Position numbers and translations under genes: made by a program
Origin: the human T2T-CHM13v2.0 reference genome, Homo sapiens
DNA: 64,000 nt
Direction: 5' to 3' (one strand)
Assembly (NCBI RefSeq): GCF_009914755.1
Contig: NC_060928.1
Part shown: positions 62,806 to 64,000 of the stretch, one piece after another
Layout of the letters: every line of letters starts with the position of its first letter
How positions within the stretch are numbered: the stretch's first letter is position 1
Notes under the pieces: model-generated
Told to the model about the DNA's origin: nothing
Database searches by the model: none
The model's input: the letters and a program-made list of their open reading frames with translations, nothing else

Positions 62806-64000
62806 CAGTTAAGTCTTAAACAACTATGTTTTGCAGATGAGGAAACCAAGGCTTTAAAAGAAAGCATAGAATTCTAGATTTGAACCCAGAACCATCTAAT
62901 CTTTGCCTGCTCTACAAGAGTTCTTATTTTAATCTTTAATAATATTTTGAGATTCGGTCTTTGTTTAACATCATCCTCAGGCAAGGCAGGTTGTAATAAT
63001 TATACTACATAGTCCTCAGTTTTTAATCCAAATAAACTGTGTGGAAAATATTTTCCACCAAAGGTTTTAAAATCTGCTTAACTTGTCTTGCAAAGTCTTA
63101 TTTACTGACTTTCAGAATCTGGGCAGGAAGTACAATTTTTCATTTGTTTTGATTTTGCATATTTATTTGATTTCTTTTATTCCAGTTGGCTAGTTACTAT
63201 CTAAAAATGTAGTTATACATAATCACTGGCTAAAATATTGGCCCACTTCACCCTACAATCCTATAACTTAAAAATTGTATTTACTAAACAAATAATTTAT
63301 CATACATTCTCAGTGTAAAGATTCAGATACTATGCAACACGTAGATTGAAATACAAAGGTCTCCGTTCATCACCATTCCATTAGAACTTATACTGATCTC
63401 CAGGGATAGTCACCAAAAGCAGAAAGATATTTATCATTCCAGCCTTTTATACATGTGCTTAGGGATTTCTGTACATGTACCTACATATGTACTGGATTCA
63501 TTTATTCATTTAATTTAAAAGGCAGTTAGACTATGCTTGTTGTTTTATACTTGCTTTTTCTCCTGTAATATTTAAAGATGTTTGCATGTCAGTTCAAGTA
63601 GATCTACCTCATTCTTTTCATGGCAACACAGTATTTCATTTTCTAATACCAAAATTTCCTAAGGTGTGTTCCATGGTCAAAAAAAAATTGGGAAATACAA
63701 GGTTAAACACAGTTAACTAGGATTCCTTACTATAGACTATCAGAGGCCCCAGTATGGTAATGGACATTGTAAATCTCCAAGATGATCTATCCAGCATGGA
63801 ATGTGTAGCAAACTTCGTGTACCACTTTATTTAATTTGACGTCACAGCTTCTCCAGGGAGACGCTGCTTCTCATGGATGATGTAAATGTGGGAGAGCAGG
63901 CTAATACTTAGGATGCCTGATCTCAGCTGGCTGCACTCAAGGGGCCAGTCAGCCGGATACAATTTAGCAGGAATAAAAATGTTGCACATTGGTTTTAAAT

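Overview
Hominid (human-like) genomic DNA, shown by an SVA, AluY and an L1PA2/3-type insertion. Much of it is interspersed repeat: Alu, L1, L2/MIR, ERV1/ERVL/MaLR LTRs and DNA transposon fossils. I see no intact protein-coding gene, and most ORFs in the track are repeat-derived. Two processed pseudogenes are recognisable: CLNS1A (+, 26.7-27.6 kb, joined to a 3'-truncated L1) and a very old RPS2 (-, 57.1-57.8 kb). The main unexplained signal is a chain of short minus-strand segments between about 12.1 and 61.6 kb, most flanked by AG/GT splice sites. Read in order and allowing for stops and frameshifts, they give signal peptide - Ig - (Ig?) - FN3 - stalk - transmembrane helix - Pro-rich cytoplasmic tail - PDZ-type C-terminus (STKF). 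This suggests a decayed, intron-containing (possibly unitary) pseudogene of an Ig/FN3 type-I membrane receptor that I cannot name. A candidate RFX/ETS/CRE promoter lies at 61.5 kb. The model was assembled by eye and needs comparative confirmation. Repeat subfamily names are recognised from memory, not from a RepeatMasker run, and boundaries are approximate.
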